Shown: positions 10,758-24,000 of the stretch, piece after piece
How the letters are laid out: every line of letters begins with the position of its first letter
How positions within the stretch are numbered: the stretch's first letter is position 1
NCBI GenBank assembly: GCA_004431415.1
Contig: QPMI01000636.1
Location: 1 to 39,871 of the forward strand
DNA from: Cyanophora paradoxa CCMP329
Lineage: Eukaryota; Plantae; Glaucophyta
Direction: 5' to 3'
Length of the DNA stretch: 39,871 nt
The notes under the pieces: model-generated
The model's input: the letters and a program-made list of their open reading frames with translations, nothing else
What the model was told of the DNA's origin: nothing
Databases searched by the model: none
Translations under genes and position numbers: made by a program

Positions 10758-13700
10758 TGCGACCTCGCAGGCATCTTGGGAGCTTCGCTTTCGGCACTCT
10801 CGGCGTGGCCGCGCCGCACCTGGTGGGCGGGCGGCGCTCTCGCTTCGTAATAAAGGTCAGTATCGCTACTGCTGCAACTTCTAATCGTTTCGGGCCTGAC
10901 CCGCGCCTCGCAGAGTGATCGCTTTCTCGGGGGGATGGCTCTGGCGGGCTGTTTCTGAACCGAGTGCTGGGGCGTCGCTCCGGCCGATCCGAGTGCATGG
11001 CGAAGGTCAGTTCCACCATTCATTTCGATATTTGCACTCGTCTCAATCGTGCGACCTCGCAGGCATCTTGGGAGCTTCGCTTTCGGCACTCTCGGCGTGG
11101 CCGCGCCGCACCTGGTGGGCGGGCGGCGCTCTCGCTTCGTAATAAAGGTGAGTATCGCTGCTGCTGCAACTTCTAATCGTTTCGGGCCTGACCCGCGCCT
11201 CGCAGAGTGATCGCTTTCTCGGGGGGATGGCTCTGGCGGGCTGTTTCTGAACCGAGTGCTGGGGCGTCGCTCCGGCCGATCCGAGTGCATGGCGAAGGTC
11301 AGTTCCACCATTCATTTCGATATTTGCACTCGTCTCAATCGTGCGACCTCGCAGGCATCTTGGGAGCTTCGCTTTCGGCACTCTCGGCGTGGCCGCGCCG
11401 CACCTGGTGGGCGGGCGGCGCTCTCGCTTCGTAATAAAGGTGAGTATCGCTGCTGCTGCAACTTCTAATCGTTTCGGGCCTGACCCGCGCCTCGCAGAGT
11501 GATCGCTTTCTCGGGGGGATGGCTCTGGCGGGCTGTTTCTGAACCGAGTGCTGGGGCGTCGCTCCGGCCGATCCGAGTGCATGGCGAAGGTCAGTTCCAT
11601 CATTCATTTCGATATTTGCACTCGTCTCAATCGTGCGACCTCGCAGGCATCTTGGGAGCTTCGCTTTCGGCACTCTCGGCTTGGCCGCGCCGCACCTGGT
11701 GGGCGGGCGGCGCTCTCGCTTCGTAATAAAGGTGAGTATCGCTGCTGCTGCAACTTCTAATCGTTTCGGGCCTGACCCGCGCCTCGCAGAGTGATCGCTT
11801 TCTCGGGGGGATGGCTCTGGCGGGCTGTTTCTGAACCGAGTGCTGGGGCGTCGCTCCGGCCGATCCGAGTGCATGGCGAAGGTCAGTTCCATCATTCATT
11901 TCGATATTTGCACTCGTCTCAATCGTGCGACCTCGCAGGCATCTTGGGAGCTTCGCTTTCGGCACTCTCGGCGTGGCCGCGCCGCACCTGGTGGGCGGGC
12001 GGCGCTCTCGCTTCGTAATAAAGGTGAGTATCGCTGCTGCTGCAACTTCTAATCGTTTCGGGCCTGACCCGCGCCTCGCAGAGTGATCGCTTTCTCGGGG
12101 GGATGGCTCTGGCGGGCTGTTTCTGAACCGAGTGCTGGGGCGTCGCTCCGGCCGATCCGAGTGCATGGCGAAGGTCAGTTCCATCATTCATTTCGATATT
12201 TGCACTCGTCTCAATCGTGCGACCTCGCAGGCATCTTGGGAGCTTCGCTTTCGGCACTCTCGGCTTGGCCGCGCCGCACCTGGTGGGCGGGCGGCGCTCT
12301 CGCTTCGTAATAAAGGTGAGTATCGCTGCTGCTGCAACTTCTAATCGTTTCGGGCCTGACCCGCGCCTCGCAGAGTGATCGCTTTCTCGGGGGGATGGCT
12401 CTGGCGGCTGTTTCTGAACCGAGTGCTGGGGCGTCGCTCCGGCCGATCCGAGTGCATGGCGAAGGTCAGTTCCATCATTCATTTCGATATTTGCACTCGT
12501 CTCAATCGTGCGACCTCGCAGGCATCTTGGGAGCTTCGCTTTCGGCACTCTCGGCGTGGCCGCGCCGCACCTGGTGGGCGGGCGGCGCTCTCGCTTCGTA
12601 ATAAAGGTGAGTATCGCTGCTGCTGCAACTTCTAATCGTTTCGGGCCTGACCCGCGCCTCGCAGAGTGATCGCTTTCTCGGGGGGATGGCTCTGGCGGGC
12701 TGTTTCTGAACCGAGTGCTGGGGCGTCGCTCCGGCCGATCCGAGTGCATGGCGAAGGTCAGTTCCATCATTCATTTCGATATTTGCACTCGTCTCAATCG
12801 TGCGACCTCGCAGGCATCTTGGGAGCTTCGCTTTCGGCACTCTCGGCGTGGCCGCGCCGCACCTGGTGGGCGGGCGGCGCTCTCGCTTCGTAATAAAGGT
12901 GAGTATCGCTGCTGCTGCAACTTCTAATCGTTTCGGGCCTGACCCGCGCCTCGCAGAGTTATCGCTTTCTCGGGGGGATGGCTCTGGCGGGCTGTTTCTG
13001 AACCGAGTGCTGGGGCGTCGCTCCGGCCGATCCGAGTGCATGGCGAAGGTCAGTTCCACCATTCATTTCGATATTTGCACTCGTCTCAATCGTGCGACCT
13101 CGCAGGCATCTTGGGAGCTTCGCTTTCGGCACTCTCGGCTTGGCCGCGCCGCACCTGGTGGGCGGGCGGCGCTCTCGCTTCGTAATAAAGGTGAGTATCG
13201 CTGCTGCTGCAACTTCTAATCGTTTCGGGCCTGACCCGCGCCTCGCAGAGTGATCGCTTTCTCGGGGGATGGCTCTGGCGGGCTGTTTCTGAACCGAGTG
13301 CTGGGGCGTCGCTCCGGCCGATCCGAGTGCATGGCGAAGGTCAGTTCCATCATTCATTTCGATATTTGCACTCGTCTCAATCGTGCGACCTCGCAGGCAT
13401 CTTGGGAGCTTCGCTTTCGGCACTCTCGGCTTGGCCGTGCCGCACCTGGTGGGCGGGCGGCGCTCTCGCTTCGTAATAAAGGTGAGTATCGCTGCTGCTG
13501 CAACTTCTAATCGTTTCGGGCCTGACCCGCGCCTCGCAGAGTGATCGCTTTCTCGGGGGGATGCATATGGCTCTGGCGGGCTGTTTCTGAACCGAGTGCT
13601 GGGGCGCGCCGGCGTCGCTCCAGCCGATCCGAGTGCATGGCGAAGGTCAGTTCCATCATTCATTTCGATATTTGCACTCGTCTCACTCGTGCGACCTCGC

Positions 13701-13797
13701 AGGCATCTTGGGAGCTTCGCTTTCGGCACTCTCGGCGTGGCCGTGCCGCAGCTGGATTCGGAGGGCAGCTGCAGGCGCGCGGCGCTCGTACTTCGTA
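10758..13797 (+). repeat. 292-bp tandem array, 10 full units plus a partial degenerate unit
   Basis: Units start at 10758, 11050, 11342, 11634, 11926, 12218, 12509, 12801, 13093, 13384 and ~13690. They differ by only a few SNPs or indels. Confidence 0.97.
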
Positions 13798-14088
13798 AAT
13801 TAAAGAGGCGAGTATATTAAATTAAAGAGGCTAGTAGCACTATCAATATAGCTAACAAAGATGGCTTTTGGTTAAAGCGCTATCTTTAGTGTACATGTTT
13901 TAATTTTAGCGATAGGCGAGCACTACCAGCAATTTTAATGCGTTAGTACTAGAGTTTTCATCATGGTTCACCGATCGCGAGTCACGGTTTCTTTTTTGCA
14001 AAAGTGCAAAAGTGGACGTCTCATTGATACACCACGGCACATGTATCAATGTTCTACGTGACGTGCCCTTCCGACCGGTCATCGATAT

Positions 14089-14303
14089 CACTGGGAGCCA
14101 GAAATTAAGTTTACCATATGGTAAACTTAGGGTGTGGTAAAGTTGTGCTGTTTGCGTTACACCACTGTAAAGTCACCAGGGTAAAGTCGCCGGGGTAAAG
14201 TCAGGGTGGTAAAGTTGTGAAAAGCGGGGTAAAGACGTCGGTGTAAACTCGCCGAGGTAAAGTTGGCGAGGTAAAGACGTCGGGGTAAACTCGCCGAGGT
14301 AAT
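14089..14303 (+). repeat. CACTG terminus with a 24-bp perfect palindrome and subterminal repeats
   Basis: taagtttaccatatggtaaactta at 14106-14129. GTAA(A) motifs recur at 14-bp spacing: 14167, 14181, 14195, 14209 and 14229, 14243, 14257, 14271, 14285, 14299. Confidence 0.88.
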
Positions 14304-14539
14304 GTTGGTTTCGGTGCAGCGGTTCACTTTTTTACGTTTTTTTTGCTTTTTTTTATTTTTTCTGTAAAAGCTATCTATAGCAGCCCATCTTCAAGCGATA
14401 CTGCGCGCGAGCTCTATCCTAGAGCTAGCTAATCGGTTTGATGAATGCTTCGTATTCCTGAAATCTGCAGCTGGGACGGAATTCTTCTTATTTGCGTGCG
14501 CATGCGGACTGGCGGGATGCGCACCAGCCTGGCAGGTCA

Positions 14540-15933
14540 TTAATCAAGCTCATCTCCACCAACCTGGCTGCGGTGCGTAGTCATCTCCTCCTCGTCCGAC
14601 GACAAGCCGGACTCATCCCCATCAGGAATATTTGATGCCACTGCTGCAGCTGATTTCCCTGTGGCAAGTGTGACCAGCAGGTCCAGTGGCTCTGAACGTG
14701 ATGAAGATCCTTGCTGAAGTGTCACGTCCATTGCAGTCTCCTCCTGCATCATGATGTTGCAGCAGCGACACAAGGAGAGGAGAGTTAAAGAATGAACGAA
14801 CCAGGAGACGGACATTAGCGTCCTTGAAGAAGCGACCGTAATCGGCAGTCGCTCTTTCGAACTCGGGATTCTGAACGCGATGGAGCGAAGAATCGGCTTC
14901 AAATCGGCGCGCGATCTCTGCCTCATCAGCCTCGTTCTGTCGATGCCGAGATTGCTGCTCGGCCTGCTCAGCCTGAAGCTTCTTCATGTCCTCATCATTC
15001 GAATTCTGACTGTCTTGGCTGGCTGCGTTCGACTTTGCTCTCATCTCTTCCTCCTCCAGCTGCCTCTTGTCCTTCCGCTCTTCCTTTTCGGCTTCAAAGG
15101 CGTCGCGGTACACCCATTGCTCAATGACCCAGTCACCAGGCACATGAATCTACGGAATCATGAGTCAAAGTGCTAGCCGTCCAGTATTTTCATATACTTC
15201 TTACCACGTCACTGCGACTCTTTGCCAGCAAATCGTGCAGCTTGTTGCTTGAGCCGAATCCGAGCTTATCAGCGACCAAAGTCGGTGGCGTCGGCGAAAC
15301 TCCAAGCCAGTATGCCCTGAACAAAAGGCGTCAAACATGTCGCGGATTTTTGCATTATTGATGCGCAATCACATCATATCCTGATCCGCGACTGTGTCTT
15401 TCAGAGGAGTATACACTTCCGTAGGATGGATACTCTTGAAGATCGTATTCTTGCAAGCATGGCGCGTACCTGCATTGGAAAATCATAAACATAATGCTTG
15501 ATTGCGAGAAAGACAACAATTGAATGGCGCACGACCCCAAACATGAAATGGCCTGGCTTCGTGCGGAATCCGAGGAAAGCGGGAACAAGGAAGCCTTTCT
15601 CGGTCTTCTCCAGTGCGTAACGAGAACGCCGCCAGGGGTCCGTTCCTCGAGTTTGTACTCCAGCCGGAGTTCAGTACGAATAGCGTCTTCTGACCAGAAG
15701 GGGGGCTCGGCCTCGTGCACTTTTCCAGATCCAGATCCCGGAGATCCCGGCTGGCGGCGGGCGGCTGAAACGGGGAGTTTGACGAGGACCCGCTGATTCC
15801 GCTCCCCATTCGCCTCGTTGTGCACTTTCTGAGAGTCGAATTCCAACTCGTCTTTGAGCTTGAGAGCAGCTAGCACATCGCGACGGATTCGCTGGTCTTC
15901 CGTCTTGCTTCGCTTGGCTTTCGGAGCCTCCAT
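14540..15933 (-). CDS. Hypothetical multi-exon protein with a charged coiled-coil region (transposon cargo)
   Basis: Protein-like segments MEAPKAKRSKTEDQRIRR…EPPFWSEDAIRTELRLEY and PGDWVIEQWVYRDAFEAEKEERKDKRQLEEEE. Frames can be repaired using the second copy; exon boundaries are approximate. Confidence 0.5.
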
Positions 15934-16205
15934 CTGCGGCATATGCAAGTCAATAAGCGGCATATGCAAGTCAATAAGCAGACATATGCAGCCGGCAAGT
16001 TTCACCCACACCGCCAATGTCGAACTGGAATTCAGCGAATCGTGATCAGCCCCCCCCCCCCCCCCCCCCCCCCGAAAGAGAAAATCCCGAAAGAGAACCC
16101 TCGAAAACCGCATGACAAAATAAGAAGTGCAAAACTCTCGCAAAGCAAAAGCGCAAAGCGGCAATTGAGACGCAAGTGAATTCGCAAATGTGACTTGAGC
16201 GACTG

Positions 16206-16887
16206 CGTCCATCTCGAACACCTAGCTGCACCGGTCAGGTTGCCGGGTTCCGGACCTGCCCGTGCACGTGTCGACTTCCTCTCTTTGCAGAGGCCCGGGC
16301 GTACGCCGTCCATCTCGAACACCTAGCTGCACCGGTCAGGTTGCCGGGTTCCGGACCTGCCCGTGCACGTGTCGACTTCCTCTCTTTGCAGAGGCCCGGG
16401 CGTACGCCGTCCATCTCGAACACCTAGCTGCACCGGTCAGGTTGCCGGGTTCCGGACCTGCCTGTGCACGTGTCGACTTCCTCTCTTTGCAGAGGCCCGG
16501 GCGTACGCCGTCCATCTCGAACACCTAGCTGCACCGGTCAGGTTGCCGGGTTCCGGACCTGCCCGTGCACGTGTCGACTTCCTCTTCTCTTTGCAGAGGC
16601 CCGGGCGTACGCCGTCCATCTCGAACACCTAGCTGCACCGGTCAGGTTGCCGGGTTCCGGACCTGCCTGTGCACGTGTCGACTTCCTCTCTTTGCAGAGG
16701 CCCGGGCGTACGCCCTCCATCTCGAACACCTAGCTGCACCGGTCAGGTTGCCGGGTTCCGGACCTGCCCGTGCACGTGTCGACTTCCTCTCTTTGCAGTC
16801 GACTTCCTCTCTCTGCAGAGGCCCGGGCGTACGCCGTCCATCTCGAACACCTAGCTGCACCGGTCAGGTTGCCGGGTTCCGGACCTG
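16206..16887. repeat. 101-bp tandem repeat, 6 units plus a partial
   Basis: Unit cgtccatctcgaacacctagctgcaccggtcagg…gcccgggcgtacgc starts at 16206, 16307, 16408, 16509, 16613, 16714 and ~16834. Confidence 0.96.
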
Positions 16888-16999
16888 GCTCTGTCAAAAT
16901 GGCTCTGATGGTGTTGTTATCTGCAAAAACGCAAGCGCGAGAGCAATGTGCAGGCACGCTTTTGCATGAACATCTAGATAGATGGAAAGAAGGGATGAA

Positions 17000-19900
17000 G
17001 AGCAAAGACAGCGTGTGAAGAGAAATTGACAGAGGGCACACGTTTTTCACAGAGGCTTCGTCACCATCATCGTCCTGATCCCTATTCATTGGTTCATTAA
17101 TGACACGCAAATTATGAGCAGCATTTATGTAAATATGTCGATTGACACGACCGAAGAAAAATTGCTCACTGATCTCTTCGAGCCCTCCTTCCTCCTCCCC
17201 TCCTTGTTTCCCTTGCTGGCCGCGCCAGCATGCTTGTTCCCGGCACCAGCATGCTTGTTCCGGCACCAGCTGCAGATGCCTTGATCCTCGGCTTTTTGGA
17301 GGCGACGGCACTATTTGCTTCGGACTCGAGCTCCTCCTGCATCGGTGGATCGATTCGATTAATGGGATCGATACAATTAAGATATAACGGACGTGATGCA
17401 TCAGAAGCAGGCCAGATGTTGGCTCGGATGCACTCGTGTTAGCAGTGCTCTTTTGAAGAAGATTTCCTGCCCAGAAAATCGCTCGTTTCGCTCCGTTCGC
17501 CACTTGCATGTTCGGCTGCACCGGGACCGCAGTCATCAAAGTAGCAACGAAAACCATCTTGGAAAGACTACGTGACTTACAACCTGCGCGGCGTCAATCA
17601 GTCCGGTTCCACGTGCTGCACACAATCCAAGAATTCTGACTGACCATCTGCACCGCGATCTCTTTTGCGACGCCTTTCTTCATGTAGAAGTATGGAATCT
17701 GTTTCTGAACCCAAGTTGGACAAACAGATGTCACGACAACCAGATCGTGGGCGCTCTGTACGGCATCGCAAAGGGCCTCGTCACGAGAACACGATTACTG
17801 GCGCTCATAAGGTAGTATTCAACGCATGCACCTCCTCCAATTCAAACAGGTTGGCCCGTACAAGCTGCGGATTGACGAATGATAAATCCACACGGCCGAC
17901 GTACAACCCTGTCCCGACTATCTCGGCTGTCGCATTCGGAGCCCCAACGTGCATCAAGTCCACCAGCTCGAACTTGTTGAAGCGCATCAGACTGTTAGGA
18001 ATCGCTTCCGGTGCAGCAAGGAACGGATTCACTGCGAAACGAAATCAGGTACGTCAAGATATCGAAAAATGAACAACAAGTACTGAAGTCTCCGGGGCTG
18101 ATGATTTGCTTAGAGAACTTATCAACCTCTTTTGCCCGCTCGACTTCTCGTTTCTGCATGCGTTTCATCTTTTTCGGGCCATTATACAAGGTTGCGCCGT
18201 TCTGTCGCAAGAATGAGAAAACCGTGGACAGCACATTTAAGATAATGGCTGGCACACAGCCACAGTAGTCCTCCATTCCGTGGTGCGACTTTGAACAAGA
18301 TATCTAACGTGACCCTTTAGCCATTCCGTCACAACCTTTTCCGTGAACGGCTCCTGACGTGGTATGTCGGTGAATGATGATGATGAGGAAAACAAAGATA
18401 TGAACCGGTGCTGGATTTCCGTCTGGAACTCCTTCAGGATAAACGCCGTTTGCTGTCATTGTGCAACAGGTGTACTTGAGGGCGAGAAGGATGCGTTGAA
18501 TCAGCTCTGTAGCGGACCATCGGAATTTAAAAAAGATATCATATTCCGAAAAAGCGATTCGCACTGCTGTACGATGTTTTCATCTCAAGCCAAATGGGTT
18601 GCCCAAGTGCGTCCCAAATGGCCTGAAGATATACCATAAAATTGATACGAATAAAAGGAGACCGAGCATTGTGAATGAAGACTCGTGGATTCTTTTCGTC
18701 GCGCCTTCCGAGGAAAGAGAAACCTGAGCGTGGTTGGGCGTTTTGCAATGGAAACTGAATGGAAATCTGAACTGAATGGTGAATGCAAATCCGAACCATG
18801 CGTGATGGCCACGCAATCAACGCCCACAGGAAGCGCAGTGTCGTAGCTGTTTTCTCGGAGCTTCGCGAAGAGTGCAAGAAGAGCTTCACGCTGCCGACAC
18901 GGATTTCATCAAAAAAATGAATCCGGTCATAAGGACATGAAGAAAGCGAACAGCCATCGCGGATGACTGGTGTCTGCGGCTCTGATATTCAACGGTCCCA
19001 ATCAGAAGCCGCACTGAAGCCTCCAGCGTTGCCTTGAAGTCTACAGGGACTTGTGGACGGCCGCCGAAGATCGTGTTCGAGACGTCTGATTGTTTTTTGT
19101 CATGCGCACGTATGTTGGTCATGTTTTGATCATGTGCGTGTGTAATTCGAAAAACGCACCAAAGACTCTCATGATATCGTCGACAAGAGTCTGTACTTGA
19201 AGAGGCCAAAGCTCCTCTGGATCGTTCGCAGGCTGCCTGAGAACCGATGCTGTTTGTGAGAGCGTAAGTTCTTCAACGTGCGATTGCAAACAGCAATCGA
19301 GTTCACCCCACGCATTGGCGTTACTGCGACCGCCCGAAAGGCGGTGCGCAGCGAGACCCGCGTATGAGTTCTCCTTCTCCGACCCCTCGCGGTCGGATCC
19401 ATCGTTTTTGTTCTCATCGTTCTTCTGAAGGATTGCTGTCGTCGATCTGCCGACTGTATTCACGCTCTGATTCTTCAGAATCTGCGCTTCCCATCAGTTT
19501 GCGATAGCAATACACAACAGCAGGACCACATTTCGAGCAAGGGAAGCAGCGTTCGCCAAAAGCGTCATCGGCTTCCACAAAATCAGAGGCGTAACCGGTG
19601 AAGAAGAAATTGCAGACACAAAGAAAGACAGCACCTTCAGAGGACCTCCTTTATCAGCAGTCTGAGGGCAAAGCACCGACCAGATTTTCAGGACCGGGCA
19701 GCATCGATATTCGAATGGTGAAACAACGGGAAATCACCTTCAACGAAGGAACTGCCGCTGGAATATTTTCGCCAGAGACGGTTGCTGCCTGAAAGCAACA
19801 GCAACGGCAAAGGTTTCAGCACTCGGGCATCAGCATTCGAACGCTCGAATTGCTGAAGAACACCGTTTTGAAGCGGCCGCCAGAGGAGTTTCCGGCCTGA

Positions 19901-20830
19901 ACATGTGAGGAGAGCTCTTAGCATCGGCTGTCAAGTCCATAAAGCGCTGGGATGCATGCACACCGCTGGAACTGGAACGGGTTCTCCGCCTTTGCTTCGG
20001 TTTCCACAGTTCGGGACCTTTCCAATAGCTGCACATGTAGTGTAAGCTGTTATACTAGCGGGGACGAGTAAGACTGCGTACATTCAACGCAAGTATTTCT
20101 GGCCAGAGTGCATCTCCTCGCCGCTTCTTGATTTTCTGCCAGAAGAGCATCAAAATTTGAAGGATCAATATCAACATCGTCTGCCAGCAAGTCACAGGAG
20201 CTGTACAGGGAATCAACCTTTCGCAACACAGCTTCGTATTTGCAAAATGAATGCGCACGTGATTGAGGCCAAGCGTAGATCGATGTCGCGAACCTCCTGA
20301 GCAGCAGCATGAAGCTCTCTTACGCTCTTCATCGCGTCTCCGAGAACAGGCGGAATGACAATTTTGCTCGATATCGGTAACACTTCGTTGGCTTCTTCGA
20401 CTGCAGCTAGAAAAGCTCGTTCGACGTTAAAAAACCTGATTGGAACCACGCCCGTTGGTCTAATTGCGACGATTGCATAGAAGGGAACCTAACGTGGGCG
20501 CACGTTGTCGTATCATAGTTCATGTGCACGGCCGGAGGTTCTGCACGTCCACAATCTCTGTGGAGCTAATGAAACGATTGCAACAGCGGCATATCCACAG
20601 CGTACGCGTACACATAGACCTTGTGGAGCTCATTGAACAACGCAGTCCTCCACTTGAAGACATTTGCTTTTCGTGCTACGATTACTGCGCAGGCTTGGTA
20701 CCGCGGAAAAGCGCACCATAGTACAAGCATGCGCACCATTTGCACCGCTAGCTTCCGCTGGGGTCGCCGGTAACGCATGCACGCCACTAGTGCTCACTGG
20801 CGGCCGCGGGCTGGCCATTGGGGCAGTCAA
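17000..20830 (-). CDS. Hypothetical multi-exon gene(s); the 17800-18030 segment weakly resembles a CACTA TnpA-type (Transposase_23-like) domain
   Basis: A chain of protein-like minus-strand ORF fragments (20213, 20050, 19119, 18886, 18304, 17995, 17805). Segment FELVDLMHVGAPNATAEIVGTGLYVG…ELEEVHALNTTL. Boundaries are approximate. Confidence 0.35.
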
Positions 20831-21086
20831 CTCTGCGAACAGCGCTAAGTGACATTCTGTTGCTGTCTCATTGCTGCCTAGGAGCGCATCTCATCGCCTA
20901 GGTGCGCATCTCATCGCGTCGCTGTACCGGGCTTCGGAAAACTCCGATCGCACTACAGCAAGACTAAGCACACTCAGAAGAGCTCAAGATGCTTACGGAT
21001 GGTCGAGATGCTCCACGCCGATGTTTTCAAACTGCGCCGTGTACCCCCGGGGGGGAAGAACCTGGAGCAGCGGTGCGAACCACGCC

Positions 21087-24000
21087 ATGCAGCGGTCAGA
21101 GCGACTGCGGTGCGAATGTCAGAAGTGTCAAGGCAAGTTAGTGCGTCCTGAGGTTTTCAATGCACATCAACTGCTAGCGCACACCGGATTCAGTAGCAGC
21201 GATCGGCAAGTCGAGTGCCCTTGCTCGCGCTGCAATGGAAAGCGCGTCTCGTCTTGGGTGCAAAGGATACATTTGCACCTAGACAAATATGGATCCAGTC
21301 TAGTAGAGCAAGCTGCCCGGAGAGCTCCTGTAAGCGATTTCGTTCCTTTCGTAGCCGAAGTTCTTGACGTACCGATCCCGACAATTTCGGTTCGAGCGGC
21401 ACTAAGAAGACGACGATTAGCAGCCCCGGCAGCACTTCAAGGCAACGAGCGACAAACAGATTCCAATTCGAAGCGCAAACGTGTCAACAATAAAGCCGCT
21501 CGTATGCTGCGAAGGCTGGGTAGATATACTGATCGTATTGGTCCTCAAGAAAACGGCAATGAACCTGGACATGAATCCAATATCGTCGATGCATCGATGG
21601 CGATGATCATGCTCATGAGGCTTTCGACGACCCAGCCGCAGAGGAAGGCCAAGCGGACGACATACGTGCAGACCCAGCTAGGGCGGATCAAGTGGATTAT
21701 GGCCTAGAGTCGGATCAGGACGCAGCGCTCGACGGCTCAGATGATGAATGCACTACCAACAGGCAGAATTTTTATTCTGAGCCTCTTTTTGAGGGCTGTA
21801 AAGTGTCGGTGCGTGCTGGAGCATTCAATACATTGCTTGATATTGGCTGTATTGGCTTTTTAACTGTTCTCTAGCGCATGGATTACATCACTTTTTGCCT
21901 CGCATTGAAGAAACGCTTTACACAAGCACCTGTTGAGATGTTTGCATCAATCAACGCGGCTGTGTCTCTCATCATTGAGGGCCAACAAACTGCAACGAGG
22001 CAGCTCGGGTCTTGGAAGAGAATGATTAGAGAAATCCAAGAATTCGTAGCGGTAAATAATCAACCACTTTCAATTTTCGTGTTCGAAACGTTAACATTTC
22101 CCTGCTCAGCCTTCCATCACTTTCAGGACATGTGGGTATAAAGAGACAAAGCACAAGGTGGCGATTTGCAAGACAGTCTGGATCGAAGACGGAACTGTTC
22201 CTCCAAATACAGTCTGCGAGTGTGGCCATTCAACCTATGCCGATGGTGTGGTGGGCTTCTTTTTTGATCCGACCCGGAGTTTTCAGCAGCTACTGAACAG
22301 TCCTTCGTATTATCCCCGGTTCCAGTGCGTTGATTTCGATTCTGTCGGTGCGGCCACGGCTGATCAAATTTACACAACGGCGTCCAGTTACGGCGTTCGA
22401 GCAATACAGATTGGGGCGATCGTGTTCCAGATTACTATTTGCGGTCGCAAGAATCCGAAACCCAACATCTCACTGGCGACTTTGTTCAATCAAGACTTTT
22501 CTCTTCTCTTCACGAGGAGGGCTGTGTGCGAATTTCGGACGGTCTTGGAGTTGTGTGCGCATACTCTACAGATTCCGCAGTGACGCACAGCTGGTCATTT
22601 CCACACCTACAGCTTATTCTGAAAACTGGACTCTAATGTCGTGTTTCTAGGTCCCACGGCGGCTCTTTCACCCTGTGTTTGTGATACCTATGTCTGCGCA
22701 TCCTAATTGGCGGTGCGTGATCATTATCTCGCTTTCCGCTTTTTCGCCACTTGTCTCACCCGTTTCGCTCAGAACAGCAATGCAACGCCTTGTTTTTCTC
22801 ATGGATGGGAAGCCGAGAAACTTCGATGGAATGTTCCGCGTATTCCTTACACCGTGGCTTGTTGCCAACCAGCCGCCGCCCCAGGAGTCCCCGCTCCCGA
22901 AAGCCAAGGGTTTGCATGCCTTATAATCTGTCTCTTTCTTTCAATCATTCAATACCGTTGAGCAGAGTGGGGTTTTGCAATCCTCTCACCGGCAAAACTG
23001 ACAAAGCATATTTCACAATGGCTCTCAATATCGATGACCTCCCCGGATGCGCAACGGCATTTATGATAAGTTCGCGTAACGCATCCTTGCGCGGCTTTGT
23101 ATTCCGGGACAGAAACCTAAACTTTCTGCAGCGTCGCACAGTGGCGAGCACGGCCATCCGCTTCGGAAGGTGGATTTCTGGAAAGCGCAGAGCAAAACCG
23201 CCGGGAAAAACATGTTTCAAGCACACGATCTCCCGCTCAAACACTGGATGCGGGAGTTGTGCGTACTGACCAAGGATCATGATAGACCCCCATCTGCCCG
23301 AACGGACTACTGCATGGTGCATCGAGCCGACGGACTGAAACGTTCCCACTGCAGCTGTTCTGACACCCTTCGGTACAGCGAGCCGACGGACATGCTGTAG
23401 AGATCCAACGCCAAAGATGGTTTCGGAAAGAGATTACGCAAACAGCTTTTGTTCAATTTGTGAAAACGAAAACCTTCGGTAAACCTTTTAGAATGGATAT
23501 AAGTGAACATCCTTCGAACGCGCCGTCCATTGAATTGTCTCTGACCAGGCGTTCAAGGCTTGCCGACTTTAGCGGAATGGCCACACTTTCGGCTCGGCCC
23601 CCTATGCGACTTCAGCGAGAGCGACTGGGAGTTCCTGCGGCATGGCGAGCTGAATTTCGACATGGGTGTTGACCGTTCAGGGGCGCGGCATACTGACGAA
23701 TTCCACCTCGTCAAAAACCGTCTGGCGGATGTCTTCAACTATCTTCGCGGCAACGCGAATAATGGTGATAAGCTCAGTCCTACCTCGATTCAGTGTGTCG
23801 TTGCATCTTCCAACTTCCATTCGTGGTTGATTTGCAACGTACAACCACTAACTTAATTACTTTCGTCAATGCGAAGGTTAAGCATCAACATGGATGTTCT
23901 TGTCCTTTACAGGGCGCCAAGCGAAGCGGAAATACGCTGCGCAGAGCAAAAGATGGAAAAGGATCGGCGACTTTACGAAGCAGCTCTCCGAAATGGCAAG

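Noticed and set aside
10758-13797. 5S rRNA or spliced-leader RNA tandem array
   Set aside because: No recognisable 5S sequence or pol III T-run terminator, and no clear Sm site. The donor sites pair with cis acceptors within the unit.
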